Source: Gilvibacter sp.
GTDB lineage: Bacteria > Bacteroidota > Bacteroidia > Flavobacteriales > Flavobacteriaceae
Direction of reading: 5' to 3'
Assembly: GCF_013214815.1 (NCBI RefSeq)
Contig: NZ_JABSPU010000001.1
Coordinates: 3,287-67,286, forward strand
DNA: 64,000 nucleotides
Within the stretch, counting starts at the first letter, position 1; each line of letters begins with the position of its first letter. This document shows, in pieces, positions 61,328-64,000 of this stretch. Both the position numbers and the translations under genes were made by a program. The notes beneath the pieces were generated by a model. It had not been told where the DNA came from. It made no database searches and saw only the letters and a list, made by a program, of their open reading frames with translations.

Positions 61328-64000
61328 ATTCGCAATCCTTTTTTAGAATCGGCATAACGTGGATCCGCAATGATGGGCAATCGCTCCATCCTACTCACCT
61401 CTACCGATACACATCCAAATTCTTCCATCACTACGCCCGTGATCCGGTAAATTCCCTTGCCCCTAAAGGGGTATCTTTTAGCCACCGGCGGGAAATGTAC
61501 GGTGTCAATAAAATCGCCATCGCGGTCTAAGAAGTTGCCAAAGAACATCCCCTTTCCACCTGTGGTGTTGGTGCGTTTGGTGGTCACCAAATAGCCTTCT
61601 ATGGTTATGGTCTTACTGATGTAGGCCATCAGTTGTCGGGCCCTCAAAGTATTCCCACCCGGATTCAGCAATAAGAAAAAAGGCGAACACAGCGGAAAGC
61701 CCAAAAGCTCCATCTGATCAAAAGCATCTTCTAAAACCGTGGTACTGAGTTCTGGGGTTTGATAGTTGACCTTCTCTGCCTTAAAGAGTGAAGGCATGGG
61801 TTCTGCCACCGCCGTTTTGCCCAGCTTCATATGAGCTTCCCAAAGCAATTCTCGCTTATTGACACCTGTAAAACGAAAGGCATCTATTTTGATCAAAATG
61901 GCGAGCTGCTCCATGCCTACCGGCACCCGTTCTATAAAATCATCCAGACTTTTAAAAGGGCCATTAGCTGCGCGCTCACTCAGTAAGACCTTAGCCGTAT
62001 TGCTCTCAAAAGCGTGCAAAAACATAAAACCCAAATAAATATGCTTGCCTTTGATGATGGTCTCATGTTTGCTGGTGTTCACGCAGGGCGGCTCAATGAT
62101 TCCGCCGTGCAAACGCGCCTCATGCACATAGAATTCTGTACGGTAGAAGCCGCCAAAATTGTTGATGGTCGCCACCATATACTCCAAAGGAAAGTAAGCT
62201 TTGAGATACAGACTTTGATAGCTCTCCACCGCATAAGAAGCGGAGTGTCCCTTGGCAAAGGCATAACCGGCAAAACTCTCTATCTGTCGCCAGATCTCTG
62301 CAATCAAAGCATCGGGTTTACCGGCATTGCGGCAGTTCATAAAGAATTGATCCTTTACCTTGGCAAACTCTTCCCGAGAGCGAAACTTACCAGACATCCC
62401 GCGGCGCAGCATATCGGCCTCGCCCAAAGTCAAACCGCCAAAATAGTGCGCCACCTTGATCACGTCTTCTTGATACACCATAACTCCGTAGGTCTCTGGC
62501 ATGATATCAAGTAGAATCGGATGGGCATCCTTACGCCTTTCTGGGAAACGGTAGCGCAGTATGTATTCCCGCATCATTCCAGACTTGGAAACCCCGGGAC
62601 GGATCACTGAACTGGCAGCAACCAAGCCTAAATAGTCGTCCACCCGAAGCTTTTTAAGCAGCATCCGCATGGCTGGAGATTCCACATAGAAACACCCAAT
62701 GGCTTTGGCATTTCGCAGCAGGTATTTGATCCGCTCGTCCTCTTTAAAACCTTTGATATCGTGAATGTCTATGGGCTTTTGTTTGGGGCGGTTGTAAGCT
62801 ACAATACCTACGGTTTCCTTGATCTTTCCCAGACCGCGTTGGCTCAGAATGTCAAACTTATACAGGCCAATATCTTCTGCCACTACCATATCGAACTGGG
62901 TGGTGGGAAAGCCCTTGGGCGGCATGAAGGTAGCCGTGTAATAATGTATGGGCTTTTCTGCGATGAGAATGCCTCCGGCATGGATTCCCAGATAGTTGGG
63001 AAAGCCTTGAATACGTTTGCTATAGGTTACCACCAAACGAGAAAGGGAATCCAATTGTTCAAAGACATAGCTGCCTGCAGAAAGCAGATCGATCTCCGCC
63101 TTGGGCAAACCAAAGACCTTCCCCAATTCACGGACAGCGGCCTTGTATTTAAAGGTGTTATAAACCGTGAGCAAGGCACAATTCGGGAAACGTTTAAAGA
63201 TGAACTGAGTCACATCGTCCCGATCACTCCAAGAGAAATCAATATCAAAATCTGGCGGGTTTTTGCGGTACAGATTTATGAATCGTTCAAAGTAAAGATC
63301 CAACTCAATGGGGTCTACGTCTGTGATCCGCAGCAAATAAGCTACTATACTGTTGGCGCCACTGCCTCGACCCACATAGAAATAGCCTTTGGAACGGGCG
63401 TATTTTAGGATCTTCCAATTGATCAAGAAATACGAGACAAAGCCCATCTCGCGAACTATTTTCAGTTCTTTTTGAATACGATCCAAGATCTTATCGTCTG
63501 CGGATTCGTACCGATAGGCCAAGCCTTGATAGGTCAATTTTTTGAGCAGTCTGAAATCCAGCTCAGCATTGCCGGTATAAGTCCTTTGGTTATTGGGCGT
63601 CTCGTTAGAAAAATCAAACTCAAAACGACAAGCCTCTAGCAAGGCCGTGGCATTGTCTAACAAAAACGGAAAAGCTGCATATTGCTGCTCCAAAGCCTGA
63701 GGCGCACACAAAATATGTGTCTCCAGACCTTGTTCAGATTCTGGCAGCTTGCTCAAAAGCGTATTGTTGTCTATGGCCCGCAACAGCCTGTGAGTATTGA
63801 AACTGCGTTTTCCCGCAAAGCTCACGGTGTAGAGGGCCACCAACTTGTGCTTGCGCTTGAGCCAGGGAGAAAACTTCAATCGATTCAGATCCTGAGGGCA
63901 GACGCCTAAAAACTCGTGCTCGGCTAATTTGGTTCCCTTAAAACTCGCAAAAGGGTAGATTATAAAACTGTCTTTAAGTGTAGCTGCCCGTGCAGGAATC
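61324..64000 (-). CDS. dnaE: DNA polymerase III alpha subunit, DnaE2-like (5' end outside window)
   Basis: GRGSGANS, FERF, PPDFDIDF, KFDIL, YAFAKGHS; frame stays open from 63879 to the window edge by manual translation. Confidence 0.88.
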   Translation of the reverse strand, partial: IPARAATLKDSFIIYPFASFKGTKLAEHEFLGVCPQDLNRLKFSPWLKRKHKLVALYTVSFAGKRSFNTHRLLRAIDNNTLLSKLPESEQGLETHILCAPQALEQQYAAFPFLLDNATALLEACRFEFDFSNETPNNQRTYTGNAELDFRLLKKLTYQGLAYRYESADDKILDRIQKELKIVREMGFVSYFLINWKILKYARSKGYFYVGRGSGANSIVAYLLRITDVDPIELDLYFERFINLYRKNPPDFDIDFSWSDRDDVTQFIFKRFPNCALLTVYNTFKYKAAVRELGKVFGLPKAEIDLLSAGSYVFEQLDSLSRLVVTYSKRIQGFPNYLGIHAGGILIAEKPIHYYTATFMPPKGFPTTQFDMVVAEDIGLYKFDILSQRGLGKIKETVGIVAYNRPKQKPIDIHDIKGFKEDERIKYLLRNAKAIGCFYVESPAMRMLLKKLRVDDYLGLVAASSVIRPGVSKSGMMREYILRYRFPERRKDAHPILLDIMPETYGVMVYQEDVIKVAHYFGGLTLGEADMLRRGMSGKFRSREEFAKVKDQFFMNCRNAGKPDALIAEIWRQIESFAGYAFAKGHSASYAVESYQSLYLKAYFPLEYMVATINNFGGFYRTEFYVHEARLHGGIIEPPCVNTSKHETIIKGKHIYLGFMFLHAFESNTAKVLLSERAANGPFKSLDDFIERVPVGMEQLAILIKIDAFRFTGVNKRELLWEAHMKLGKTAVAEPMPSLFKAEKVNYQTPELSTTVLEDAFDQMELLGFPLCSPFFLLLNPGGNTLRARQLMAYISKTITIEGYLVTTKRTNTTGGKGMFFGNFLDRDGDFIDTVHFPPVAKRYPFRGKGIYRITGVVMEEFGCVSVEVSRMERLPIIADPRYADSKKGLRI

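Noticed and set aside
60611-63408. 215-216-aa plus-strand ORFs opposite dinB and dnaE
   Set aside because: Antisense shadows of conserved genes; no independent promoter or motif.

Overview
64 kb of mostly core chromosome from a Bacteroidota bacterium, almost certainly Flavobacteriaceae. The assignment rests on TAnnTTTG '-7' promoters, a T9SS C-terminal sorting domain, Gln after many predicted signal-peptide cleavage sites, and stand-alone pheT. About 50 CDS include icd, dps, an MBOAT/SGNH-like pair, uvrD/pcrA, recG, pheT, a complete his operon with leader peptide and attenuator, an ABC-F ATPase, transaldolase, glyA, fahA, ytxJ, clpB, smpB and a dnaE2-dinB cassette that runs off the right edge. 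The SRP RNA gene (ffs) is also present. I saw no CRISPR array, tRNA, rRNA, transposase or phage gene. The best leads are small regulatory or architectural signals rather than a large accessory island: an unannotated 41-aa membrane microprotein gene with its own ECF-type promoter and terminator; a TGTAAY-N16-(C/G)(G/C)TC motif at three loci; two tandem paralogs with a four-Cys domain in front of an internal signal peptide; a LysR-type dyad exactly midway between the divergent icd and dps promoters; duplicated TetR operators; a sigma54-like clpB promoter with two dyads; and a structured ~130-nt leader after the his operon. Product calls come from motif recognition only; no database search was run.
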